Source: Clostridia bacterium (lineage in GTDB: Bacteria > Bacillota > Clostridia > Christensenellales > UBA3700). From it: a DNA stretch of 64,000 nt. Both the position numbers and the translations under genes were made by a program. The notes under the pieces are model-generated. The model saw only the letters and a list, made by a program, of their open reading frames with translations. It searched no databases and was not told the DNA's origin. Below, in pieces: positions 47,230 to 55,631 of the stretch (the stretch's first letter is position 1; every line of letters begins with the position of its first letter). The stretch covers positions 74,065 to 138,064 of the forward strand of contig JAIEDA010000018.1 in the NCBI GenBank assembly GCA_029068165.1, written 5' to 3'.

Positions 47230-48507
47230 ATGATGATAAGGATTTACAACGCGAGAATACTCACGCCGAGCGGTCTTTTGGACGGCGGCGAGATGTGGAT
47301 AGAGGACGGAAAGATTAAATTCGTTAGTCAGGTTTCGCCGCTCATTCTATTGCCGTGGGATAGAGAGATAGACGCAAAAGGCAATCTTTTGATACCGTCT
47401 TTCAAAAACGCTCACGCTCATTCTCCTATGGTATTCTTGAGGTCGTACGCCGACGATATGGCGCTCGGCGATTGGCTTTTCAAACAGGTGTTCCCGAGAG
47501 AGGCGAAACTCACCGAGGACGATTGCTATTGGCTGACTAAACTTGCGATATTGGAATATTTATCTTCGGGTATTTCCGTGGCGAGCGATATGTATTTTCA
47601 TCTAGAAAGCATTGCCGAAGCGTGCGTAGAGAGCGGCTTCCGCAACGTTATATTAGAGGGAATAACCGACTCCAACAAGAACGGACTTTACGAGAAGTTG
47701 CAACGCGGTATGGATAAGCTTGACGGCAAGGGCGGACTTATCGAGTATAGACTGGGACTTCACGCCGAGTATACGAATAGCGAAGAGTGCATAAAAATGC
47801 TTGCGGGTTTTGCAAAAGAAAATAAAATGCCCGTATATACGCACTTGGACGAAACCAAAGGCGAAGTCGACGGCTGCGTTGAACGTCACGGAAAGACTCC
47901 AGGCGAATATCTTGCCGACTTGGGACTTTTCGATTACGGCGGCATAGCGTACCATTTCGTACATCCGTCCGAAAACGATATTCGCGCGCTCAAAGAAAGG
48001 GGCGTAAGTATCGTGACTTGTCCTGCGAGCAATCTCAAACTCGCAAGCGGCGTAGCTCCGCTTAAGAAATTGGCGGACTTAGGCTTTAATATAGCGTTGG
48101 GTACGGACGGACCTGCAAGCAACAACGCTTTGGATATGTTTAGAGAAATGTATTTGGCGACGGGACTGCAAAAGGGAACTCTTTACGACCCGACGGTGAT
48201 TTCTGGCGAGAGCGTGTTTAATATGGCTACGGCAAACGGGGCTAAGGCTATGGGACTTGACGGACTTGACGGCTTGGAAGTTGGCAAAGACGCGGATATA
48301 GTAATGATAGATTTGCATCAGCCTAATATGCAGCCGCTCAACGATATCGTCAAAAACGTAGTCTATTCGGGCAGTAAAGCCAACGTACTTATGACCATAG
48401 TCGCGGGCAAAATACTGTATGAAAAGGGAGAATATTTTATAGGCGAGGACGCGGACAAGATTTACTCGAAGTGTCAACAAATCGCCGACAGGATACTGGA
48501 AAGATGA
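47230..48507 (+). CDS. mtaD: amidohydrolase-family nucleoside deaminase (MTA/SAH deaminase MtaD-like)
   Basis: 425 aa. NAHAHSPM metal motif, HLDET, and LGTDGPASNN. Confidence 0.75.
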   Translation: MMIRIYNARILTPSGLLDGGEMWIEDGKIKFVSQVSPLILLPWDREIDAKGNLLIPSFKNAHAHSPMVFLRSYADDMALGDWLFKQVFPREAKLTEDDCYWLTKLAILEYLSSGISVASDMYFHLESIAEACVESGFRNVILEGITDSNKNGLYEKLQRGMDKLDGKGGLIEYRLGLHAEYTNSEECIKMLAGFAKENKMPVYTHLDETKGEVDGCVERHGKTPGEYLADLGLFDYGGIAYHFVHPSENDIRALKERGVSIVTCPASNLKLASGVAPLKKLADLGFNIALGTDGPASNNALDMFREMYLATGLQKGTLYDPTVISGESVFNMATANGAKAMGLDGLDGLEVGKDADIVMIDLHQPNMQPLNDIVKNVVYSGSKANVLMTIVAGKILYEKGEYFIGEDADKIYSKCQQIADRILER

Positions 48508-49016
48508 AATTGACTTTTAAGGCAAAACGCAATATAGGACTCGTTGTCATGACGATAGCGTTGATCGTCGCTATTATTCTTATCGTGTATTTCGTACAAA
48601 AGAACGATATTGACAGCAGGCTCAAGAACGGCTCGATTGGTCAAACGGTGTCCACTTCGCAAGCCGAGGTTTGCGTAAATGATAGGAAGATTTCCAAAGA
48701 CTTCAGCGTTGTGACGGCAAACGGCGACAAAGTCTTTTTGCTTGTAAAAGTTGAGATCACGGCGAATAAGAAGCTGACTCTATCTAGCAAAGATTTTGAG
48801 GTCAAAGACGGATTGAACGTGACCAACGCCTACTCTAGCGACAACGGTCATAGCTTTGCGGCTGAAGAGTCGGAAGTCGTACTCAAAAAGGGCGAGAGCG
48901 CGACGTACGATCTCGTGTTTGAAGTCGACGGCAATAGAGTTGAAAGTTATTTTCTTTACGCGCTCGGCGCGAGAATCGACTTGGGCGGAACCGTAGTCGG
49001 CGGATTGGGATATTGA
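48504..49016 (+). CDS. membrane-anchored DUF4352-like beta-sandwich protein
   Basis: Start chosen at the ATGA overlap (MKLTFKAKRNIGLVVMTIALIVAIILIVYF is an N-terminal TM anchor). The ectodomain has the pattern KVFLLVKVEITAN...FEV. Confidence 0.55.
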   Translation: MKLTFKAKRNIGLVVMTIALIVAIILIVYFVQKNDIDSRLKNGSIGQTVSTSQAEVCVNDRKISKDFSVVTANGDKVFLLVKVEITANKKLTLSSKDFEVKDGLNVTNAYSSDNGHSFAAEESEVVLKKGESATYDLVFEVDGNRVESYFLYALGARIDLGGTVVGGLGY

Positions 49017-49109
49017 AATTAAAAGAACGGTAAACAAATATAAAATTCGCGGAAAATAATTTGAAAAGATAAAAATTTAATGGAATATATTATATAAGTA
49101 GAGGTAGAA

Positions 49110-50687
49110 ATGTTACAAGTAAACGACGTGTTTTTGCAATTTGGCGGTAGGAAACTCTTTGAGGACGTAAATCTCAAGTTCACCGACAACAACTGTTACG
49201 GCATTATCGGCGCGAACGGCGCGGGAAAGTCGACTTTCCTCAAGATTTTATCGGGAGAACTAGAGCCTACGAGAGGCACGGTCAGCATTGGCAAAAATCA
49301 AAGAATAAGCGTACTTAATCAAAATCAAAACGACTTCGACGACTGCACCGTTATGCGTACGGTGCTTATGGGGCATAAGCGTTTAGTTAAAATAATGGAC
49401 GAGAAAGACGAGCTTTACGCAAAGCCCGATTTCAGCGAAGAGGACGGAAACCGCGCCGCGGAGCTAGAAACGGAGTTTGCCGAGCTGGGCGGTTGGGAAG
49501 CCGAGAGCGAAGCGGCTTCGCTGCTCAACGAGTTGAAGTTCGGCGAGGAATACCACGATATGCTGATGGGCGAGCTTGACGGTAAGCAAAAGGTTAAGAT
49601 ACTTCTTGCTCAAGCGCTGTTCGGCAATCCCGATATACTCATACTTGACGAGCCGACCAACAACTTGGACGCTAAATCGATTATGTGGCTTGAAAACTTC
49701 TTGCTCGACTTTAAAAACACTATAATAATCGTGTCGCACAACAGGCACTTCCTCAACAAGGTGTGCACGCATATTTGCGACGTAGACTACGGTCATATCA
49801 ATATGTACGTTGGCAACTACGATTTTTGGTACGAAACAAATCAGCTTCTTGCCAAGCAAGCTAGAGAGGCCAACAAAAAAGCCGAAGCGAGAGCCAAGGA
49901 ACTTCAAGAGTTTATCGCAAGGTTCTCGGCAAACGCAAGCAAGTCCCGCCAAGCTACTTCGAGAAAGAAAGAGCTTGAAAAACTCACTCTTGAGGATATA
50001 AAACCTTCTATGCGTAAGTATCCGTATATCAACTTTGAGTTTGAGCAGGAACTGGGCAAGGATATTCTCACCGTTGAGGGTTTGACAAAAAAAGGTTTCT
50101 TTGAGGACGTGACGTTCACGATACAAAAGGGCGAAAAAGTAGCGTTCCTATCCGACAAGTCCATCAATATATCGATGCTTTTCGATATACTTATGGGTAT
50201 TGAGCAAGCGGACGGAGGAACTTTTAAGTGGGGCAAGACGGTCAAGACGAGTTACGTGCCGCAAAACTTTGACAGCTTCTTTGACGGCGTTCAGCTCTCG
50301 CTTGTCGAGTGGATAAACCAATTTGCCGTCAAGGACCATACCGAAAGCTACTTAAGAGGTTGGCTGGGAAGAATGTTGTTCTCGGGCGAGGAAGCCAAGA
50401 AAAAAGCCTGCGTACTGAGCGGAGGCGAGAAAGTAAGGTGTATGATGGCCAGAGCTATGCTTCAAGGCGGCAACTTCGTCATTTTGGACGAACCTACCAA
50501 CCACCTCGATTTGGAAGCGATAACCGCGCTGAACAAGGGAATGATAAACTTTAAGGGCGGACTTTTCTTTGCTTCGCACGACCAAGAGCTTATGCAAACC
50601 GTTGCCGATAGAATTATTGAAATCAACGGTACTAAGACTTTTGACAAACTTACTACATACGAAGAATATTTACAAATGACGGAGTAA
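49110..50687 (+). CDS. ABC-F family ATPase (translation factor / ribosome-associated type)
   Basis: 525 aa. Two NBDs (GANGAGKST, LILDEPTN, LSGGEKVR, ILDEPTNHLD) joined by a charged linker, with no TM domain. Confidence 0.88.
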   Translation: MLQVNDVFLQFGGRKLFEDVNLKFTDNNCYGIIGANGAGKSTFLKILSGELEPTRGTVSIGKNQRISVLNQNQNDFDDCTVMRTVLMGHKRLVKIMDEKDELYAKPDFSEEDGNRAAELETEFAELGGWEAESEAASLLNELKFGEEYHDMLMGELDGKQKVKILLAQALFGNPDILILDEPTNNLDAKSIMWLENFLLDFKNTIIIVSHNRHFLNKVCTHICDVDYGHINMYVGNYDFWYETNQLLAKQAREANKKAEARAKELQEFIARFSANASKSRQATSRKKELEKLTLEDIKPSMRKYPYINFEFEQELGKDILTVEGLTKKGFFEDVTFTIQKGEKVAFLSDKSINISMLFDILMGIEQADGGTFKWGKTVKTSYVPQNFDSFFDGVQLSLVEWINQFAVKDHTESYLRGWLGRMLFSGEEAKKKACVLSGGEKVRCMMARAMLQGGNFVILDEPTNHLDLEAITALNKGMINFKGGLFFASHDQELMQTVADRIIEINGTKTFDKLTTYEEYLQMTE

Positions 50688-50693
50688 AATATT

Positions 50694-51185
50694 ATGGATA
50701 AATTCGACGAAAAGATTTTGCAGGTATTGAAAGACGACAGCAGGTTCACCTCGGCGCAAATCGCTCAAATCGTAAGACTTGACGAAAAAGAGGTTAAGAG
50801 CCGCATTAAGGCTATGGAAGGCAGCGGGGTCATCGCGAAGTACACGGTACTTTGCAATCCCGACAAGCTCGACGAGGACGTGGTTACCGCGCTTATCGAA
50901 GTAAAGGTTACGCCGCAAATGAGCAGCGGTTTCGACGCGATAGCAAAGACTATCTATCAGTTTGAAGAGGTAAAAGACGTTTATCTTATGAGCGGCGCGT
51001 ACGATCTTTGCATTACGGTTGAGGGCAAGAACTTGAGAGAGGTTTCAAGATTCGTCTCCGAAAAACTCTCGACTATGCGCGATATCGTTTCGACCGCTAC
51101 TCATTTCATACTCAAAAAGTATAAGACCGAAGGCGTGCTTCTAGACGACGTCGACGGCGACGAAAAACGGCAAGTGATACTATGA
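50694..51185 (+). CDS. Lrp/AsnC-family transcriptional regulator
   Basis: 163 aa. N-terminal HTH (ILQVLKDDSRFTSAQIAQIV) and a RAM domain. Overlaps the aminotransferase start, resembling the B. subtilis alaR-alaT arrangement. Confidence 0.85.
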   Translation: MDKFDEKILQVLKDDSRFTSAQIAQIVRLDEKEVKSRIKAMEGSGVIAKYTVLCNPDKLDEDVVTALIEVKVTPQMSSGFDAIAKTIYQFEEVKDVYLMSGAYDLCITVEGKNLREVSRFVSEKLSTMRDIVSTATHFILKKYKTEGVLLDDVDGDEKRQVIL

Positions 51186-52366
51186 ATTACGAAAAATATT
51201 TATCCAAAACGGTGACGGCTATTCCGCCGTCGGGAATAAGGAAATTCTTTGACTTGGCTGACAAGTACAAAGACATAATCTCGCTCGGCGTGGGCGAGCC
51301 TGACTTTGATACGCCTTGGTGCGCAAGCGAAGCGGCTATCAAGAGTATCCAAAAGGGTATGACGCACTACACGAGCAACAGCGGACTTCCTGCATTGAGA
51401 GAGCAAATCGCCAAGTATCTCAACTATAAATTCGGCGTGGACTATGATCCCGTGACCGAGATATTTATTACCGTCGGAGCAAGCGAAGCGATTTATCTTG
51501 CGCTTAGAGCTATTATCAACGACGGCGACGAAGTCGTAGTTCCTGAACCCAGTTACGTATCGTATCAGCCGAGTATAGCTATTTGCGGCGGAAAGGCTGT
51601 TCCGGCAAAGTGCTTCGTAGAGGACGAGTTTAGACTGACGGCGAAGAACTTGGAAAAGGTGATTACTCCCAAGACCAAGGCGCTGATTTTGCCTTATCCC
51701 AACAACCCAACCGGCGCGGTTATGCCGCGGGAAAGTCTTGAGCAAATAGCCAAGGTAGTCAAAAAACACGACTTGCTCGTGATAAGCGACGAGATATATT
51801 GCGAAATGACCTACGGCGAGCAAAGACATACTTGTTTTGCCGAAATCGACGGTATGAAAGAGCGTTGCGTGCTTATCAACGGTTTTAGCAAATCGTTTGC
51901 AATGACGGGCTGGAGAGTGGGATACGCTTGCGCTCCCAACGAGATTTTCAAGCAAATGCTAAAGATACATCAGTACATAATAATGTGCGCGTCGACCAAT
52001 TCTCAATATGCGGCGTTTGCGGCGCTAAAAGGCGGCTTTGAAAACGACTTTGCCGAAATGCGTAAAATGATTGAAGAGTACGATATGCGTAGAAGATTTC
52101 TCGTGGCAAGGCTCAACGATATGGGGTTGACGTGTTTTGAGCCGAAAGGCGCGTTTTACGTTTTTCCGTGCGTAAAGAGTACGGGAATGGACGGGGAAGA
52201 GTTTGCGAGCAAACTCTTGGAAGAGAGCAGAGTAGCCGTCGTTCCGGGCGAAGCGTTTGGAGAGAGCGGCAAGGACTTTATTAGAATATCCTACGCCTAT
52301 TCGCTAAGCAAGCTGCAAAAAGCGATAGAAAGAATTGAAGAATTTACAAAAAAATATAAGAAGTAG
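51182..52366 (+). CDS. class I PLP-dependent aminotransferase (AlaT/AspB-like)
   Basis: 394 aa. NPTG, and the SKSFAMTGWRVGY PLP-lysine block. Confidence 0.88.
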   Translation: MNYEKYLSKTVTAIPPSGIRKFFDLADKYKDIISLGVGEPDFDTPWCASEAAIKSIQKGMTHYTSNSGLPALREQIAKYLNYKFGVDYDPVTEIFITVGASEAIYLALRAIINDGDEVVVPEPSYVSYQPSIAICGGKAVPAKCFVEDEFRLTAKNLEKVITPKTKALILPYPNNPTGAVMPRESLEQIAKVVKKHDLLVISDEIYCEMTYGEQRHTCFAEIDGMKERCVLINGFSKSFAMTGWRVGYACAPNEIFKQMLKIHQYIIMCASTNSQYAAFAALKGGFENDFAEMRKMIEEYDMRRRFLVARLNDMGLTCFEPKGAFYVFPCVKSTGMDGEEFASKLLEESRVAVVPGEAFGESGKDFIRISYAYSLSKLQKAIERIEEFTKKYKK

Positions 52367-52374
52367 ACTAGAAA

Positions 52375-52407
52375 AAACCGACGGGATATTTCCCGTCGGC
52401 TTTTTTT
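52375..52407. terminator. intrinsic terminator (bidirectional) after the aminotransferase
   Basis: CCGACGGGA, loop TATT, TCCCGTCGG, with an A-run before and TTTTTTT after. Confidence 0.8.
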
Positions 52408-52482
52408 AAGGAGAAATATGATTACTTAGAACAATAATGATACTTCTCCTGATTTTGCGTAGGTCACGCGAAGCGGTGGTAA

Positions 52483-52608
52483 TTAGTCTTTACTACCGCA
52501 ACCGCAACAACTTCCGCAACCTTTAGTTTGAGACTTTGAAGCGCCGGAAGTCTTGCTTCTTGAAGCCGACTTATTTTGGCTGCTTTGTGACTTAGTATTT
52601 CTTGTCAT
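52483..52608 (-). CDS. 41-aa Ser/Lys/Gln-rich protein with a C-terminal Cys cluster (possible minor spore protein)
   Basis: Manual minus-strand translation gives MTRNTKSQSSQNKSASRSKTSGASKSQTKGCGSCCGCGSKD. AAGGAGGAG RBS lies 5 nt before the ATG. Too short for the ORF track. Confidence 0.55.
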   Translation of the reverse strand: MTRNTKSQSSQNKSASRSKTSGASKSQTKGCGSCCGCGSKD

Positions 52609-52646
52609 AATCTCCTCCTTTTTTCGTAGCTTTCTTGCTACAGTCT

Positions 52647-52675
52647 TATTATGTTACGGCAAAAACAAATTATTC
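52647..52675 (-). promoter_or_regulatory. sigma-G-like forespore promoter candidate for the 41-aa gene
   Basis: On the minus strand, GAATA (52675-71), 17 nt, CATAATA (52653-47), compared with the B. subtilis consensus as I remember it (GHATR-N17/18-CATxxTA). Lies about 40 nt upstream of the ATG. Confidence 0.35.
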
Positions 52676-52900
52676 GCTTAAAATCAAAAAAATAAAAGTT
52701 TTGCGCTCAAATATTCGCGGTGAAAACTATTGGACAACAAAATATGTCCGCTTATTATAAGTTTTAAGCATTTTTTAATACGTTTTTATCAAAAAATCGT
52801 GATATATTATAAATATTGTTCGTTTTAGTGTAAGATTTTTTAATCAAATCTTAACTTATTAAAGTTTAAAAAAATTTTTCAAAAAAATATGAAAAAATCG

Positions 52901-52929
52901 TTGACAAAGATTTTAGCAAGTGCTATATT
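52901..52929 (+). promoter_or_regulatory. strong sigma-A promoter (extended -10) with upstream A-tracts
   Basis: TTGACA (52901-06), 17 nt, TGC-TATATT (-10 at 52924-29). Preceded by AAAAAAATTTTTCAAAAAAATATGAAAAAA, which is UP-element-like. Confidence 0.6.
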
Positions 52930-52935
52930 ATGACT

Positions 52936-53050
52936 GTAAATAAGATTTATGTATAAAAGTAAATAAGTTTACACACTAAATCAGCTCATAATTTTCCCCC
53001 TTATCATATATAGAAGGTCGGTGTTCTTAGAATACCGACCTTCTATTATT
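52936..53050 (+). ncRNA. candidate ~115-nt small RNA (promoter-to-terminator unit, C-rich loop motif)
   Basis: Begins about 7 nt after the -10 above. Ends at a perfect 12-bp hairpin TAGAAGGTCGGT/ACCGACCTTCTA (53011-53045) followed by TTATT. Contains UUUUCCCCCUU (52992-53002). No RBS-led ORF is present. pfp has its own promoter further downstream. Confidence 0.35.
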
Positions 53051-53089
53051 AAAGAGCGCTATTATACAAGGTCGATATATCAAAAATGC

Positions 53090-53118
53090 TTGCTTAAATA
53101 AATCTTTTTTGCTAAAAT
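53090..53118 (+). promoter_or_regulatory. sigma-A promoter (extended -10) proximal to pfp
   Basis: TTGCTT (53090-95), 17 nt, TGC-TAAAAT (-10 at 53113-18), about 75 nt upstream of the pfp ATG. Confidence 0.5.
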
Positions 53119-53193
53119 AGTAGTGATTTCGGTACGCTCGCAGGTCGGGGGAGCCGTTTATACAATACGAAAATAAAAGTTTGGAGGCTTTTT

Positions 53194-54447
53194 ATGGAAA
53201 AATTAGTAGGAGCTTGTATGTTCGGACAGTCAGGCGGTCCGTCATCAGTTATCAATTCAAGCGCGGCAGGCGTATTTACCGAGGCTTTGAAGCAAGATTG
53301 TATCACTGCCGTTTACGGCGCCGCTCACGGTATCAAGGGCGTACTCAACGAAGAGTTTTACGATATCAGCAAGGAAGATTTGAAAGAGCTTATGCTTCTT
53401 AAGAATACTCCGTCTTCGGCTCTCGGCAGCGTTAGATATAAGCTTAAGGCGGAAAAAGTAGACGATACCGATTACAAAAGACTTTTGGAAGTTTTCAAGA
53501 AATACAATATCCGTTACTTCTTCTACAACGGCGGCAACGATTCTATGGACACCTGCAACAAGGTCAGCAAATATATGAAGAAGTCAGGTTGGGAGTGCCG
53601 CGTTATGGGCGTTCCTAAGACGATCGACAACGATTTGTTCGGCACCGACCACTGCCCGGGTTACGGCTCGGCGGCTAAGTACGTTGCTACCACGACGATG
53701 GAATTGAAGTTGGACGCAACCGTATACGACACGCCGATGATCACCGTAGTAGAGGCTATGGGTCGTCACGCAGGTTGGTTGACCGCGGCTTCGGCTCTCG
53801 CTTGCCACAAGGGTTTGGGACCCGACCTTATCTATTTGCCCGAAGTTCCTTTCTCCACGGAGAAGTTCCTTGCGGACGTTGATAAGAAAATGAAAGAAAA
53901 CGACGGAAAGTGTATGGTCGTTATCTCCGAGGGTATTGCCGACGAGAACGGTACGCTTATCGCTGAAAAGATAAATGAAAACGTAGCAAAAGATTCGTTC
54001 GGTCACGCTCAGCTCGGCGGCGTTGGTACGGCTCTTGCAAATCTTTGCAAAGAGAAGTTTGGCTGCAAGACTAGAGCTATTGAGTTCTCGCTGATGCAAA
54101 GATGTGGCGCTCACCTTGCTTCCAAGACCGACGTTGAAGAGGCTTTCAAGGCAGGCGCGGCTGCAGTTAAGTATGCAGTAAGCGGAAAGACCGACAAAAT
54201 GGTTATTCTCAAAAGAGATATGACGAGCGGCAAATATAAGTGCAAAATCGGCGTAACGGGCGTTGCTAACGCTGCAAATACCGAAAAGAAAGTTCCGCTC
54301 GAGTGGATAATCAACGACGGAACGATGCTTTCTCAAGACTTTATCGATTACGCATTGCCGCTCATTCAAGGCGACAGCAAAGCTCCGCTTGAGGACGGTC
54401 TTCCTAGATTTGCAAAACTCAAGAAAGTTTTCGTTGAGAAGAAGTAA
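53194..54447 (+). CDS. pfp: pyrophosphate-dependent-type 6-phosphofructokinase
   Basis: 417 aa. GGNDS (Asp where ATP-PFKs have Gly) and PKTIDNDL (Lys where ATP-PFKs have Gly). Confidence 0.85.
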   Translation: MEKLVGACMFGQSGGPSSVINSSAAGVFTEALKQDCITAVYGAAHGIKGVLNEEFYDISKEDLKELMLLKNTPSSALGSVRYKLKAEKVDDTDYKRLLEVFKKYNIRYFFYNGGNDSMDTCNKVSKYMKKSGWECRVMGVPKTIDNDLFGTDHCPGYGSAAKYVATTTMELKLDATVYDTPMITVVEAMGRHAGWLTAASALACHKGLGPDLIYLPEVPFSTEKFLADVDKKMKENDGKCMVVISEGIADENGTLIAEKINENVAKDSFGHAQLGGVGTALANLCKEKFGCKTRAIEFSLMQRCGAHLASKTDVEEAFKAGAAAVKYAVSGKTDKMVILKRDMTSGKYKCKIGVTGVANAANTEKKVPLEWIINDGTMLSQDFIDYALPLIQGDSKAPLEDGLPRFAKLKKVFVEKK

Positions 54448-54582
54448 TCTAATAGCTGGCGAAAAAGGCCGTATCTAGATAGCCTATATATTATATCGAG
54501 TATACTGTTTAGTTGATAGATATAAGATAGTAAATAGTAGTAATATAGTATATATAATATATAAAATAATAATCAATATATA

Positions 54583-54608
54583 AAGGTCGGGTTGCCCCGA
54601 CCTTTTTT
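54583..54608. terminator. bidirectional intrinsic terminator between pfp and gpr
   Basis: AAGGTCGGG, loop TTGC, CCCGACCTT, then TTTTTT. Confidence 0.8.
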
Positions 54609-54739
54609 GGCTTTTGATTGAAGGATAAATTATGGCTTTTTACTTTTGTACTTTTTTATCTTTTGTATTACACTACATTGTATGCGTTAAGTCGAGGGTT
54701 TGTAACCGCGTAAAATAATTATTTTTGAAAATTTTTGTA

Positions 54740-55495
54740 CTAGAGAGCCACGTCGTTCAAAGCTTTGGAGATTACCTCCGCGCTGTTGCGAACCAACGAA
54801 TCTACGTCGCGCGGGGTGAGCATATATCTTGCGTTTTGGGAGCTAGAATCGTTCAAAATACTTCCCAGCGATATTATCAGCGGAACGCCTATCGCGACAA
54901 CGGGTACGGAAAGCGTACTTTTGTTTAGGCACGTTTGCGGATTGTCCACGCCGCCGCCGGGGCATATACCCGCATTTGTCAGCTGATAACAGTTGCCGAG
55001 GCGGTGAAGATAACCCGTCGCGAGCGTGTCTATCGCTATTACCAAAGAGGGCTTAACGTGGTCGACTATAGCTTTTACTATATCAAAAGACTTAATACCC
55101 GTTATGTCCGCGACTTTTGGCGCGATAGCGCTCAGCGTAAAAGTTTTTCCGCCTGCGCGGACGCGTTTTATTACTTCGTTGCCTAGCGCGTCGACGATTA
55201 CGTTCTCATTGCCAAGTCCGACGACGAGTATTTTTCCGTCGGCGACACCGCATTCCCTCAAAAGCTTTTTGAAAGAATTTATCAGCACTTCCGAAAGCGT
55301 AGTCGGAGTTGTGTGGGCGTTGGGAGTTATCGTCAAGTAAAGTCCCTCTTTTTTGCCGGTCTTGTGGGAGAGGACTTTATCCACCTTGGTTTCCCGTACG
55401 TCCGCGCCCTTTTGTCTATATGAGTGAGAGGGAAGAGAAAGCTCTTCTCCTGCCTCTATAAGCAAATCGCTTAAATTGTTGAAGTTATTTTCCAT
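54740..55495 (-). CDS. gpr: GPR-family spore endopeptidase (peptidase A25), short form
   Basis: Colinear with germination protease blocks (VVGLGNENVIVDALG, AIAPKV..ITG, VIAIDTLA, AGICPGGGV, VVAIGVPL, LTPRDVD). I prefer ATG 55495; the ORF track extends to a TTG at 55513. No clear RBS for either start. Confidence 0.75.
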   Translation of the reverse strand: MENNFNNLSDLLIEAGEELSLPSHSYRQKGADVRETKVDKVLSHKTGKKEGLYLTITPNAHTTPTTLSEVLINSFKKLLRECGVADGKILVVGLGNENVIVDALGNEVIKRVRAGGKTFTLSAIAPKVADITGIKSFDIVKAIVDHVKPSLVIAIDTLATGYLHRLGNCYQLTNAGICPGGGVDNPQTCLNKSTLSVPVVAIGVPLIISLGSILNDSSSQNARYMLTPRDVDSLVRNSAEVISKALNDVAL

Positions 55496-55570
55496 ACGAC
55501 TATTATTGACCAAAAGTTTATTTTATAGAATGAATTATTTGCAAAAGCAAAAAATATGTGTTAAAATTTG

Positions 55571-55599
55571 TTGCGTTAATAAAATTGATATGCTAAAAT
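55571..55599 (+). promoter_or_regulatory. sigma-A promoter (extended -10) for rpsT
   Basis: TTGCGT (55571-76), 17 nt, TGC-TAAAAT (-10 at 55594-99). Confidence 0.55.
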
Positions 55600-55631
55600 A
55601 ATTTAGTAAAAATACAAAACGGAGAGAGAAT

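Noticed and set aside
52930-52956. A mini-ORF, ATG ACT GTA AAT AAG ATT TAT GTA TAA (8 aa), at the start of the candidate sRNA.
   Set aside because: It has no Shine-Dalgarno sequence and starts essentially at the predicted TSS. It is too short to evaluate.
54480-54582. TA-rich low-complexity stretch (…GATAGATATAAGATAGTAAATAGTAGTAATATAGTATATATAATATATAAAATAATAATCAATATATAA) between pfp and gpr.
   Set aside because: I could not define a regular repeat unit or inverted repeat. It looks like an AT-rich spacer between convergent genes, ahead of a shared terminator.
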